Source of the DNA: Candidatus Bathyarchaeum tardum
GTDB taxonomy: Archaea > Thermoproteota > Bathyarchaeia > Bathyarchaeales > Bathyarchaeaceae
Assembly: GCA_024650005.2 (NCBI GenBank)
Contig: CP122380.1
Span: forward strand, 1,568,001-1,632,000
Reading direction: 5' to 3'
Length of the DNA: 64,000 bases
Every line of letters begins with the position of its first letter. Positions within the stretch are counted from its first letter, which is position 1. Shown piece by piece: positions 20,174-29,655 of this stretch. The position numbers were made by a program, and so were the translations under genes. The notes beneath the pieces were generated by a model that was given only the letters and a program-made list of their open reading frames with translations, was not told the DNA's origin and did no database searches.

Positions 20174-20449
20174 TTATTCTGCACCTTGAACAAACACAGA
20201 CAAAGCAACAATATCTTTGAAGATTGCCTCAACTTTTTGGGGGTCAAGACCAGCTTCTAACGCTTTTGACATAACATGCAGGTAAACTTCGTCTTCTCTG
20301 AGATGGTCTTTAACTGCTAGACCATTTTGTGCCTTGATTACTCCGATGCTTTTACACAGGTCCATTCTTTCTTTTAAAAGAAGGATCAATTTTTCGTCAA
20401 TTAAATCAATTTTCTTCCGTAGGGTCACAATATTCTCCAACAGCTTCAA
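20174..20449 (-). CDS. aroQ: Chorismate mutase (AroQ type)
   Basis: LRKKIDLIDEKLILLLKER..IG..K..D..RE; true start may be TTG at 20440. Confidence 0.9.
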   Translation of the reverse strand: MKLLENIVTLRKKIDLIDEKLILLLKERMDLCKSIGVIKAQNGLAVKDHLREDEVYLHVMSKALEAGLDPQKVEAIFKDIVALSVFVQGAE

Positions 20450-21551
20450 CTCCCAAGACTTTAGGTATCAAACCAGCTCTGAGCATTTGATCAATCAAAA
20501 CCAAGGCAACTGCAGATTCAACAACAGGAACAGCCTTAGGCACAATACATGTATCATGTCTGCCCTTAACTTGAATTTTTGTATTATTCATTTGCAGCAA
20601 ATCTACAGTTCTTTGTTCTTTATCAATGGACGGTGTCGGCTTAATGGCTACTCGAAGCACAATGGGCATCCCAGAAGACATGCCTCCAAGAATTCCACCA
20701 GAATTATTGGTAGTTGTTTTAACTTCTCCATCCTGCATCATATATGGGTCATTATTTTCTGAACCTTTCAATCGTGAAGATTCAAATCCAACACCAAATT
20801 CCACACCTTTAACAGCAGGAATCCCAAAAAGGATCTTTGCAAGATCAGCATCCAAAGAATCAAACAACGGCTCCCCAACACCCGGCAATACATTTAATGC
20901 AAAGCAGTCCACAATTCCTCCGACACTGTCACCTTCACTTTTTGCTTTCAAAATTGCATTTTCCATCTGTTTAGAAGCAACTAAATCAGGGCATCTAACT
21001 GAACTGTCATAAGTTTTTTCCCGAACATCCTCCACAGAAAGAGCTTTTTTTATGGTTACACCCCCAATCGCAGAAGTGTAAGCCATAATCTCAACACTTG
21101 CAAGTGCAAGCAGTTTCTTAGCGATGGCTCCTGCCATAATATAAGCAACAGTAAGGCGACCAGAGAATCGTCCTCCACCTCGGTTGTCATTGAAGCCGAG
21201 ATATTTGATTCTCGCAGGATAATCGGCATGTCCAGGTCGGGGAGTATGACGTATCATATCGTATGAATCTGAAACAACTTCCTTGTTCCAAACAAGAATA
21301 CAAATTGGAGCACCAGTCGTAAAACCTTCATAAGTTCCCGAAAACAACTCGACTACGTCTTCTTCTCTTCGAGCAGAAACAATTTCTGCTTTTTGGGGTA
21401 AACGTTTGTCCAATTCATTTTGAATGTCTTCTACACTTAAAGGAAGACCAGCAGGACACCCATCTATTACTGCGCCGACACATCGTCCATGGCTTTCTCC
21501 AAAACAAGTTACTACAAATTCTTTTCCTATTGAATTAGAGCCCAACAACAT
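20406..21551 (-). CDS. aroC: Chorismate synthase
   Basis: FGESHG, RPGHAD, GGGRFSGR, NNSGGILGG, KPTPS, GRHD. Confidence 0.97.
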   Translation of the reverse strand: MLLGSNSIGKEFVVTCFGESHGRCVGAVIDGCPAGLPLSVEDIQNELDKRLPQKAEIVSARREEDVVELFSGTYEGFTTGAPICILVWNKEVVSDSYDMIRHTPRPGHADYPARIKYLGFNDNRGGGRFSGRLTVAYIMAGAIAKKLLALASVEIMAYTSAIGGVTIKKALSVEDVREKTYDSSVRCPDLVASKQMENAILKAKSEGDSVGGIVDCFALNVLPGVGEPLFDSLDADLAKILFGIPAVKGVEFGVGFESSRLKGSENNDPYMMQDGEVKTTTNNSGGILGGMSSGMPIVLRVAIKPTPSIDKEQRTVDLLQMNNTKIQVKGRHDTCIVPKAVPVVESAVALVLIDQMLRAGLIPKVLGVEAVGEYCDPTEEN

Positions 21552-22812
21552 TGCCTCCTAACGCTCGCAAATCATTAAAGAACTGCGGATACGACTTATT
21601 TATACATTCAACGTTTTGAATCTTTGTTTCTCCCTTCGCACCCAAAGCGGCAACTCCACAGGACATAGCGATTCGGTGGTCGTTATGAGGATTAATTGTA
21701 GCCCCAAACAAGGGGTACCCTCCATTTATGGTCAAACCATCTTCGGTCACTTCGATGTCTGCACCCATTTTTTTCAGTTCCGTGCTTATTGAATTTAGTC
21801 TATCAGACTCTTTGTACTTTAACCGTTTTGCATTAAATATCGTAGAGCGCCCTTTAGCATAACACGCAAGAACAGCACAAACTGGAACTAAATCTGGAAT
21901 ATCCTTCGCATCAATGTCAATACAGGTAAGGGGTTTGCCCTCGATTTTTACTGATTCTTCAGTTACTTCAACTGATGCACCCATGTCTTTCAGTATCCCC
22001 AGAATTGCCCGGTCACCTTGTGCGGTTTGATAAACAAGACTATTCACAGTTATCATTGATGAAGTCACTGCAGCAGCAGCAAAAAGAAACGCAGCAGAAG
22101 AAAAATCTCCAGGAACAACATTGTCACAAGGAATAAAACTTTGATTTGAAGGAACCCAAAAACCTGACATGTCCTGTTTTACTGCTCCTTGAAAACCGTA
22201 TTTTACAAGAACTTCAAGGGTCATCTCGACATAACCTTTAGATTCCAAAGGAGTAGAAACAGTAATATCAGTATCTTCTGAGGCTTTTGGACAAGCAAAT
22301 AACAATCCAGAAATAAACTGTGAACTCACATCACCCCGTATGGAAGTTTTTCCACCTTTGATTCCCCCACCACAAACAACGACTGACGACCCATCGCTCT
22401 GAACAGTAGATTTTATTCCCAACTCTTTTAGGCTGCCAAGAAGAGGAGCAATAGGTCTTCGAGCAAATGATGCTCCAAAAAGAAACTTTGAAGAACCAGA
22501 AGCAAGGGCTGCAACAGGTACCATAAAACGAAGTGTAGATCCAGATTCTCTGCAATCTATGGGATTTTTTGGAGTTTTAACGCATCCAGTTCCATGAATT
22601 ATCCAGCAGTTTTCTCGGATTTCAGTCTCTGCTCCTAGAGCATTTACTGCATCCATGGTTGCTTGGGTATCATCAGAAAATAAGGGATTAAATATTTTTG
22701 AAGTACCTTCAGAAAGTGACGCCGCGATAACCAAGCGGTGCGTGTAAGCCTTGGAGGGGGGAGCAGAAACCACACCTTTCAGAGCAGCTGTGTGTTCAAC
22801 TGTCAAATCCAA
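21535..22812 (-). CDS. aroA: EPSP synthase
   Basis: PPSKAYTHR, ESGSTLR, SSQFISG, KESDR, DHRIAM, KSYP. Confidence 0.97.
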   Translation of the reverse strand: MDLTVEHTAALKGVVSAPPSKAYTHRLVIAASLSEGTSKIFNPLFSDDTQATMDAVNALGAETEIRENCWIIHGTGCVKTPKNPIDCRESGSTLRFMVPVAALASGSSKFLFGASFARRPIAPLLGSLKELGIKSTVQSDGSSVVVCGGGIKGGKTSIRGDVSSQFISGLLFACPKASEDTDITVSTPLESKGYVEMTLEVLVKYGFQGAVKQDMSGFWVPSNQSFIPCDNVVPGDFSSAAFLFAAAAVTSSMITVNSLVYQTAQGDRAILGILKDMGASVEVTEESVKIEGKPLTCIDIDAKDIPDLVPVCAVLACYAKGRSTIFNAKRLKYKESDRLNSISTELKKMGADIEVTEDGLTINGGYPLFGATINPHNDHRIAMSCGVAALGAKGETKIQNVECINKSYPQFFNDLRALGGNVVGL

Positions 22813-22815
22813 TTT

Positions 22816-23691
22816 TTAAAGGACCACCCTTGCTTTCTCCAGATTAACCTGAGCCTCTAAAATGTCGCCTACATAATTCTGCCAAGCTTCTTTAACAGAC
22901 TTTAAGTTGTCTTTAGAAACTATTGCAGTAACAGCAGGACCAGTTCCGGATAACCCTGCAGCCAAAGCACCCGCCGTGAGAGCATCAACTGCAGGAGAAG
23001 GATCATAACCAAGAACAGAAGAATAAACTAACCCGTTCAAGGTTAAAGCAGCCCAATAGTTCCCATTCAAGGCTTCATTGTAAGCTATTTTAACAGCAGA
23101 AGACAAAGCTCGCATACGGTTCACATTGGAACTAACAGTATAGGTTTTTTGTGCAGGAACATAAAACAAAACAGCAAGAGGAGCTTCGGGTAACTCAAAA
23201 CGCTTAATGATTTCGCGTTCCAAATTATCGGTTATTACAACCCCGCCAAAATAAGAAGCACAAGCATCATCAAAAGCCCCAGTTATGGTAACCTTTGCAT
23301 CCAAAGCAGCTTCAACGCCCAACCGCACCAACGCAACATCATCCAAACTGCGTTCTAATGCCGCAGCAGTTGCCAGAGCAATTGCATTTGCTGCTGCACT
23401 GCTACTTTTCATACCACGGGCAACAGGAATAGAAGAACTAGTTTCAACTTTTGCACCAAATTCATTCTCTAAACCAAAATGCTTGAAGACACGCTCAACA
23501 GTTTTTTGTGCCAAAACAGGATTCTCTGAAGAATCAGAACGAATAACAACATCCACTTGTCCAGTTTCACCAGTCAGTTTTACTATGGCTTTTGTCCAAA
23601 GGTCCACACCTACTGCTGCGCCTTTTCCAGTAGCGATTGCATTAATTATTGTAGCTGCACCATGAGATATTGCTTGGGCATGTCCATGCAT
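22816..23691 (-). CDS. aroK: Archaeal (GHMP-type) shikimate kinase
   Basis: NAIATGKG, PVARGMKSSSA, TGAFDDA, GLSGTGP. Confidence 0.95.
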   Translation of the reverse strand: MHGHAQAISHGAATIINAIATGKGAAVGVDLWTKAIVKLTGETGQVDVVIRSDSSENPVLAQKTVERVFKHFGLENEFGAKVETSSSIPVARGMKSSSAAANAIALATAAALERSLDDVALVRLGVEAALDAKVTITGAFDDACASYFGGVVITDNLEREIIKRFELPEAPLAVLFYVPAQKTYTVSSNVNRMRALSSAVKIAYNEALNGNYWAALTLNGLVYSSVLGYDPSPAVDALTAGALAAGLSGTGPAVTAIVSKDNLKSVKEAWQNYVGDILEAQVNLEKARVVL

Positions 23692-24557
23692 TAATCTGAA
23701 CCTCCATTTTTTAGGGCATTCAATGCAGCTTTTCTCATAACCTCAACAGGAGCAGGACAATTAGTCCAAATGTGAAAAGCAACAGAACCTTGATAAATGA
23801 GCATTTCAAGTCCTGAAATAACTTTTGCACCTACAGTTTTTGCATCTTTCAAAAGTTTAGTTTCCAAAGGATTGTAAATAATGTCCATCACATTAAGATC
23901 AGGACGCAATAGCTTCGACGGAACAGGGCTAATTTCATTGTCCGGATGCATACCCACACAAGTTGCGTTAATTAGAATGTCCGCTGTTTCAAGTTCTTGT
24001 TTAAGGACTTTAAAAGAAAGGGGTCCACTTTTTACTGATGCACCAAAATTTTTGGGCAATAACTTAACCAAGTTTTTTGCTTTGTCAGAGTTTCTGTTCA
24101 AGACCACAAGCTCATTAACGTTCTGGGCGGCTTGATATGCTATTGCTTTTGCTGCACCTCCAGCGCCAAGAAGCACAAGTTTCATTTTTTCAGGACAAAC
24201 ACCATTTTCTTGCAGAGCAATAATTGCTCCTTCGCCGTCTGTGTTGTATCCCCTCAGTTTTCCCTGATTGTTAAGAATAGTATTTACCGCGCCAACAGAT
24301 TTTGCGGTGACGTCAAGTTCATCAAGGTACTTGATAACCTCGTTTTTGTGGGGCATAGTCACGTTTAATCCGTTTAGACCTAAACTTTTTACACCCAAAA
24401 GGGCGTCCTTCAAATCTTTGGCAGTTACGGTAAAAGCAACATAAACAAGATTCAATCCAAGTTCTTTGAAGGCCGCATTATGCATTACAGGACTAAGGGA
24501 GTGCTCTACAGGGTCACCGATAATAGCGCACACTTTAGTTTTTCCTGAGACATTCAT
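23691..24557 (-). CDS. aroE: Shikimate dehydrogenase
   Basis: HSLSPVMHN, NVTMPHK, GAVNT, NTDG, GAGGAA. Confidence 0.96.
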   Translation of the reverse strand: MNVSGKTKVCAIIGDPVEHSLSPVMHNAAFKELGLNLVYVAFTVTAKDLKDALLGVKSLGLNGLNVTMPHKNEVIKYLDELDVTAKSVGAVNTILNNQGKLRGYNTDGEGAIIALQENGVCPEKMKLVLLGAGGAAKAIAYQAAQNVNELVVLNRNSDKAKNLVKLLPKNFGASVKSGPLSFKVLKQELETADILINATCVGMHPDNEISPVPSKLLRPDLNVMDIIYNPLETKLLKDAKTVGAKVISGLEMLIYQGSVAFHIWTNCPAPVEVMRKAALNALKNGGSD

Positions 24558-24558
24558 A

Positions 24559-25245
24559 CTATTTTAGCCCCAAAGTCTCGTATGCAAGATTCATTTCATG
24601 TATAGTTAATTGTCCTTTTGCAGTTTTTCTTTTTTCGTCAAGACAAGCAAAGGTAAAAAAGGCACCAAAAACAGGGGACAACAAACGAGAAGGTTTGCCA
24701 TAATCTCCCATAGCAAAACAAACGATTTTAGATTGCTTAGACGATTTAGAAACAAAATCTAAAACTACTAAGTTGTCTTCAACTGTTTCAGCAGTAGTTA
24801 TAATCTTACAAACATCAGCACCTAATGCAGATATTTCATCTTGAACTTTTCTTAACTCAGATACCGAAGGTGTTTGTTTAAAATCATGAAAAGAAACAAT
24901 AACTTTGGCTGCAGCAGCATGCAAACTCTGGATTAACTGAACTTGATTAGGTGTACCTAAATCCACATCAACATATTCAAAACCATTTTTTGCTGCGTCA
25001 ACCAATATTTTTTGGCGTTCAGTTTCGGTGCCCATAAAATTACCGTGTTGTTTTGTTGATTTGTTTGTAGCAATCAACGGAGTTTTAGTACAAGATGCAA
25101 TTTCTTTTAGGCACCCGTGATTTTTGAGACTGTCTAACCTAATTTCAATAAGGTCTGCGTGTAAACTATCAGCAGTTTGAAGTAATTCAATTGCTTCATC
25201 AACTGTTTTAGGTGGAATTGCAACGCAGACTCTAATTGTCAACAC
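24559..25245 (-). CDS. aroD: Type I 3-dehydroquinate dehydratase
   Basis: EIRLD, SFHDF..TP, KII, FAMG..G..SR, TA.GQ. Confidence 0.92.
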   Translation of the reverse strand: MLTIRVCVAIPPKTVDEAIELLQTADSLHADLIEIRLDSLKNHGCLKEIASCTKTPLIATNKSTKQHGNFMGTETERQKILVDAAKNGFEYVDVDLGTPNQVQLIQSLHAAAAKVIVSFHDFKQTPSVSELRKVQDEISALGADVCKIITTAETVEDNLVVLDFVSKSSKQSKIVCFAMGDYGKPSRLLSPVFGAFFTFACLDEKRKTAKGQLTIHEMNLAYETLGLK

Positions 25246-26309
25246 TCGATCACTGCTTCTTCTTTCACCAATGTTCCAAAATGCCTTCCGCCTTCTTCCA
25301 CTTGGGCAAGAATTTTGTCTCCCTTTGTTAGGTCAGTTACAGCTTTGGAGCCTTCGGGAGTAACAACTCTTATAGTCTCAGCGTTTTGGGCAATAAGTTT
25401 CAAACTTTTGCCATTATATTCTGCTTCAATTAATAGCATTGGACGCCACTCAATTTTTGAGCGTGCAACATTGGTTACCCTGACGTTTCCTGCTCGGTCT
25501 ACAATAAGTACTTCTTCCCCAGATTTTAGTTCAGACAAATATCTCGTCCGGTTTGGAGAAGTAAGAGCATACAAAGATAAAGGTCCAGCATTAACCCTAA
25601 AAGGACGAGTTTCCACGTATGGACTTTCGTGAACTTCTGCTTGAACTAAAAACAAGCCAGAAGATTGACAACCCAAAAGCATGCCCTCTCCAGGTTTCAT
25701 AAGTTCACAGGTGTCAATACAAGAACGAGCTCCGGTTCCAATCTCTTTTACTTCAGTAACCTCAACAGGAACCAAACCAAGACCGACAGACTCTTTTTTG
25801 GCAAACTCTGCCGTTTGCTTGAGTTCTTCAAGACTATCGGTCTTCAGAACTACACCGTCTGAACCAAGTTCCAAAGTTTCTAAGGCAACTTTTGCTTCTT
25901 TTGTGTTAGAAACTTCCGCTAAAAGTTTAGTTTTTCCCCGGGTCTTTGCGATGAGATTCTCCAAAGGAATGATTTTCCAGTCAGGAGTACCAACAATAAC
26001 ATAATCAGACAAAAGTTCCGCAGCAGCTATTGCTGTTTCTTCATCCTTTTTGCTTTCAATAATCATTTTCACTGCAACACATTTGCCGTCAGCCTTCAAC
26101 TTTTTTACGGATTCAAGTTCAGACGAAGAAACAGTAACAATGTCAGCGTCCCCAGAATCCGAAGCAACAGAAAGCCCAGCTTTTTTTGCATCGTCAATAT
26201 CTTTTGCATCAACTAAGGCAACGTCACAAAACTGCGCTGCAGATTTTAGTAACTTAACTTTTTGAGGGTTAGGAAGGGCCACATCGATTTCAACCCAAAG
26301 GTACTTCAT
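25239..26309 (-). CDS. aroB': 3-dehydroquinate synthase II (AroB')
   Basis: DWKIIPLENLIA, RPFRVNAG, RYLSEL, QNAETIR, GRHFG. Confidence 0.95.
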   Translation of the reverse strand: MKYLWVEIDVALPNPQKVKLLKSAAQFCDVALVDAKDIDDAKKAGLSVASDSGDADIVTVSSSELESVKKLKADGKCVAVKMIIESKKDEETAIAAAELLSDYVIVGTPDWKIIPLENLIAKTRGKTKLLAEVSNTKEAKVALETLELGSDGVVLKTDSLEELKQTAEFAKKESVGLGLVPVEVTEVKEIGTGARSCIDTCELMKPGEGMLLGCQSSGLFLVQAEVHESPYVETRPFRVNAGPLSLYALTSPNRTRYLSELKSGEEVLIVDRAGNVRVTNVARSKIEWRPMLLIEAEYNGKSLKLIAQNAETIRVVTPEGSKAVTDLTKGDKILAQVEEGGRHFGTLVKEEAVIEC

Positions 26310-26310
26310 T

Positions 26311-27096
26311 TTATTCACCAAGGATTTTCATTGCATCATCAACTGACGCATTATTATGAATAATCGCTGAAAGTGCCTTAACCATGTTTGTAGGGTTTTC
26401 ATGTTGGAACACGTTTCTTCCTATAGAGAGACCCGATCCGCCACCTGTTACCGAATCTTTTACCATCAGTAAAACATCTTTAGTGGTTTCGGCTTTTGGT
26501 CCACCAGCAATGATAACTGGAACTGGACAAGAATCAGTAACTTGTTTGAAAGATTCAACAGTACCTGTGTAGTTTGTTTTAATGATATCAGCTCCAAGTT
26601 CTGCTCCCAAACGGGCTGCATGGGCAACTACATTTGCAGAATGGGCGTTTTTGATGTTTGGTCCTCTTGGATACATCATAGCCAATAACGGCATACCAAA
26701 ATCGTCACATTCACAGGCGACTTTGCCTAAGGTTGCAAGCATACTATCTTCGTTTTTTGAGCCAACGTTAATGTGCACTGAAACTGCGTCTGCACCTAAA
26801 CGGACAGCATCGTCTACAGTTCCCACTTGCATTTTGTTGTTGGGTTCAGGACAAAGGGCTGAAATTCCAGACAAATGAATGATTAATCCGGCGGTTCCGT
26901 TGTCTACTTTTTTTGCGATTCCCCGGTTTATGAGAACTGCGTCAACGTCTCCAAGCAACAACTTGTCAATGATTTCTTGCATGTTTGTTAGTCCTGTAAC
27001 TGGACCAACAGTTACTCCATGGTCCATTGGGACAATCACGGTTTTGTTGTCACTTCTGAAGATTCTTTTTAATCGTCTTTTTTTACCTGTTTCCAA
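26311..27096 (-). CDS. aroA': 2-amino-3,7-dideoxy-D-threo-hept-6-ulosonate (ADH) synthase (AroA')
   Basis: DhnA-family aldolase: VPMDHG, MMYPRG, GADIIKTNYTG, AGGPK, GRNVFQ; next to aroB'. Confidence 0.92.
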   Translation of the reverse strand: METGKKRRLKRIFRSDNKTVIVPMDHGVTVGPVTGLTNMQEIIDKLLLGDVDAVLINRGIAKKVDNGTAGLIIHLSGISALCPEPNNKMQVGTVDDAVRLGADAVSVHINVGSKNEDSMLATLGKVACECDDFGMPLLAMMYPRGPNIKNAHSANVVAHAARLGAELGADIIKTNYTGTVESFKQVTDSCPVPVIIAGGPKAETTKDVLLMVKDSVTGGGSGLSIGRNVFQHENPTNMVKALSAIIHNNASVDDAMKILGE

Positions 27097-27111
27097 AGGT
27101 TCTTGTCTCCT

Positions 27112-28149
27112 TTAGAGGAACTTCTTTACTTTCAAGTATTCTGCGTTAAGGACACCGCATCCAGCGGCTCCCCGTATCGTATTGTGACCCAAAGCAATAA
27201 ACTTCACCCCATCCATCACAGGGTCTTTTCTGAGCCTACCAACTACGGTGCTCATTCCGTTGCCTTCCATACGGTCTAATCGGGTTTGTGGACGATTATT
27301 TTCCCAAGTAACTATAACTGGTTTTTCTGGAGCCGAAGGCAATTTTAAGGTCTGCGGTTCACCAATGAAGTTTTCCATAGCATCAGCTACAGTTTCAGGT
27401 TCTGCTTTCTTTTTTGTTGCCACGAAAACTGCTTCCATATGGCCATCAATTGTTGGAACTCTGTGACAGCTAGATGAAACCTTGAAGTCAGCAGGTTTAG
27501 AGGCAGTACCCAGAATCTTTTGGGTTTCAGATTCCATTTTGGGTTCTTCTCCACCGATGTAAGGAATGACGTTATCCACGATATCCAACGAGGCAACTCC
27601 AGGGTATCCGGCACCAGATATTGCCTGCATCGTGGATACTATGAGGCTTTTGATGCCAAATACATCATAGATTGGCTTTAAAGGCAAAGTTAGAACAGTG
27701 GTGCTACAGTTTGGGTTAGTGACAAGGATGCCGTCCCATTTTCGTTTTTTTTGTTGTTCTTCAATTAGGCTAACGTGTTCACAGTTAATTTCTGGGTTTA
27801 GCATAGGAACATCCGGATCCATTCGGTGGGACGATGCGTTACTAACTACCACATTTCCTGCAGAAGCAAAATCTTCCTCAACTTTTCCTGCTACATCCGA
27901 AGGCAATGCTGAGAAAACTATGTCAACATCTTTTACTTCACTTGGAGTAATGTCCACTACTTCCATTTGTGCGACAGCTTCAGGGACTGGAGTTGATTGC
28001 CTCCATCTGGAAGCTTCTCCGTATGTTCTTCCGGCACTTCTTTCTGAGGCTGCAACAGTTGTTACTTCAAACCAAGGGTGATTTTCTAGCAGTTGAACAA
28101 ATATTTGTCCAACATTTCCTGTTGCACCTAATACAGCAGCTTTTAACAT
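27112..28149 (-). CDS. asd: Aspartate-semialdehyde dehydrogenase
   Basis: GATGNVGQ, NPNCST, QAISGAG, HNTIRGAAG. Confidence 0.96.
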   Translation of the reverse strand: MLKAAVLGATGNVGQIFVQLLENHPWFEVTTVAASERSAGRTYGEASRWRQSTPVPEAVAQMEVVDITPSEVKDVDIVFSALPSDVAGKVEEDFASAGNVVVSNASSHRMDPDVPMLNPEINCEHVSLIEEQQKKRKWDGILVTNPNCSTTVLTLPLKPIYDVFGIKSLIVSTMQAISGAGYPGVASLDIVDNVIPYIGGEEPKMESETQKILGTASKPADFKVSSSCHRVPTIDGHMEAVFVATKKKAEPETVADAMENFIGEPQTLKLPSAPEKPVIVTWENNRPQTRLDRMEGNGMSTVVGRLRKDPVMDGVKFIALGHNTIRGAAGCGVLNAEYLKVKKFL

Positions 28150-29402
28150 GACTCATTATCCCCTAATGCAGTTGTTACTAATTCCAAAGCTTTTTCTTTT
28201 TCGTTCCAATCCACAAAAAGAAGAATACTGGAAGTGATTGTCATGAGCCCAAAAATATTTATGCAGTTTACTCGCAGAGCCTCAGATATTCGTCCAGTAA
28301 GACCCGGAGTTTTTTCTAAGCCAACCCCCTTGATTTTAAGGAACGCCAACTGTTTTCGCACAGACATAGCCAAGGTTTCTTCATGCTTCAGTATTGCTTC
28401 ATGCATTTTCTCTAACAGAACTTTAGAATCAGAGTTTTCAGTAACATACAATATCATCGAATCACGGTTCAAAGATAACCCGAGCAATTCAGCGTGTTCT
28501 TCGGCGGTTTCAGCTAATTCTTTTATAACTTGAGGATTCTGTGACACATCATTTCCTACAACAGTAATAGACAAAACAGGAGAAGGACTAGCAAACTCGG
28601 CACCTAAATCACCAGAAAGTGTTCCTTTTATTATTGTGCCTTCAACATTTAGGTCGCCGTGAATGTTTCGGATTACTCTCACTCTTACTGATGCCTCCTT
28701 GTAACGTAATGCTTTTCTGTGAATGAATTTTGTGCCCGAATCGGCCAAACCAACCAATGTTTTTACGTCAATTTCTGGAATCCGCTGAGGATTACTTATC
28801 ACTTTTGGGTCAGCGGTCATTATTCCTTCAGCGTCAGTAACTAAGATTAGCTCATCTGCTTCTAAAGCCTTCGCTAAAATGAAAGCAGTTGTATCACTTC
28901 CACCACGACCCAACGTAGTTACCCGACCATTCTGAGTTCTACCCACGAAACCGGCAATAACAGGAATAACTCCAGATTCGACAAGGGGCAACACATGCTG
29001 CTTTACACGGTTGTAACACACATCCAATAATGGATTGGCATCTGAAAATGAATCATCAGTAACAATAGGCCACTCGGGGTCATGTGGATCGACATACCAA
29101 GCCTTTATTCCCTGGGCTTTTAATGCCACAGCCATGATTCTAATGCTGGTTCGTTCACCCATTGCCAGAATTTCATCTAAATCAGGCTTATGCAGCCTAC
29201 CATTAGAGCTGTTTTTGGCAGCATTGAACAGGGTATCAGTAGTTTTTCCCATAGCGGAAACAATTACTGTGATTTGGGTTCCTTTCTTTGCTTCGTTAGC
29301 AACTGCCGTAACGGCTCGCAATATTTTCTCGTGGTCGGCCAGACTAGAGCCTCCAAATTTTACCACGATTCTTTTTTGTTTTTTTTCATTATTTTTGTTC
29401 AT
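28143..29402 (-). CDS. ask: Aspartate kinase, first gene of the aromatic operon
   Basis: VVKFGGSS, VSAMGKTTD, LGRGGSDTTA, ADPK, C-terminal ACT-like region; GGAGTG SD 10 nt before ATG 29402. Confidence 0.92.
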   Translation of the reverse strand: MNKNNEKKQKRIVVKFGGSSLADHEKILRAVTAVANEAKKGTQITVIVSAMGKTTDTLFNAAKNSSNGRLHKPDLDEILAMGERTSIRIMAVALKAQGIKAWYVDPHDPEWPIVTDDSFSDANPLLDVCYNRVKQHVLPLVESGVIPVIAGFVGRTQNGRVTTLGRGGSDTTAFILAKALEADELILVTDAEGIMTADPKVISNPQRIPEIDVKTLVGLADSGTKFIHRKALRYKEASVRVRVIRNIHGDLNVEGTIIKGTLSGDLGAEFASPSPVLSITVVGNDVSQNPQVIKELAETAEEHAELLGLSLNRDSMILYVTENSDSKVLLEKMHEAILKHEETLAMSVRKQLAFLKIKGVGLEKTPGLTGRISEALRVNCINIFGLMTITSSILLFVDWNEKEKALELVTTALGDNESC

Positions 29403-29418
29403 AATAACTAAACACTCC

Positions 29419-29465
29419 AAAAAGCCCAGAAAACTAAAGACAATAAATTTCAGTTACCTGGACCT
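29419..29465 (-). terminator. Terminator-like hairpin plus U5 between leader ORF and ask
   Basis: AGGUCCAGGUAACUGAA / UUUAGUUUUCUGGGCUU pair at 16 of 17 positions (4 G-U, so sense-strand specific), 10-nt loop, ends in UUUUU. Confidence 0.6.
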
Positions 29466-29538
29466 AATTATAAAAGAAATAGCTAAAACTATAGAACATC
29501 GAAGAATTTGTTAATGTAGTCGTCGAATGGCTGTTCAT
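29464..29538 (-). CDS. Putative Phe/Tyr-rich leader peptide, 24 aa
   Basis: MNSHSTTTLTNSSMFYSFSYFFYN*; downstream of TATA (29577-29586), upstream of aromatic operon. Confidence 0.6.
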   Translation of the reverse strand: MNSHSTTTLTNSSMFYSFSYFFYN

Positions 29539-29655
29539 AGACCCAGTTTCCTTGAATGAAACAAAAAAACTCCATTCTTATATAAAAAAATATCGTATAG
29601 AAAAAACAGAGTGCAAAGACGGCTTTACGCACGTGCATGTTAGTTATTAAAATAC

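Noticed and set aside
20406-20449. aroC/aroQ overlap as a frameshifted AroC-AroQ fusion
   Set aside because: No slippery site; aroQ has its own GGGAG SD and TTG start; overlaps are common in this operon
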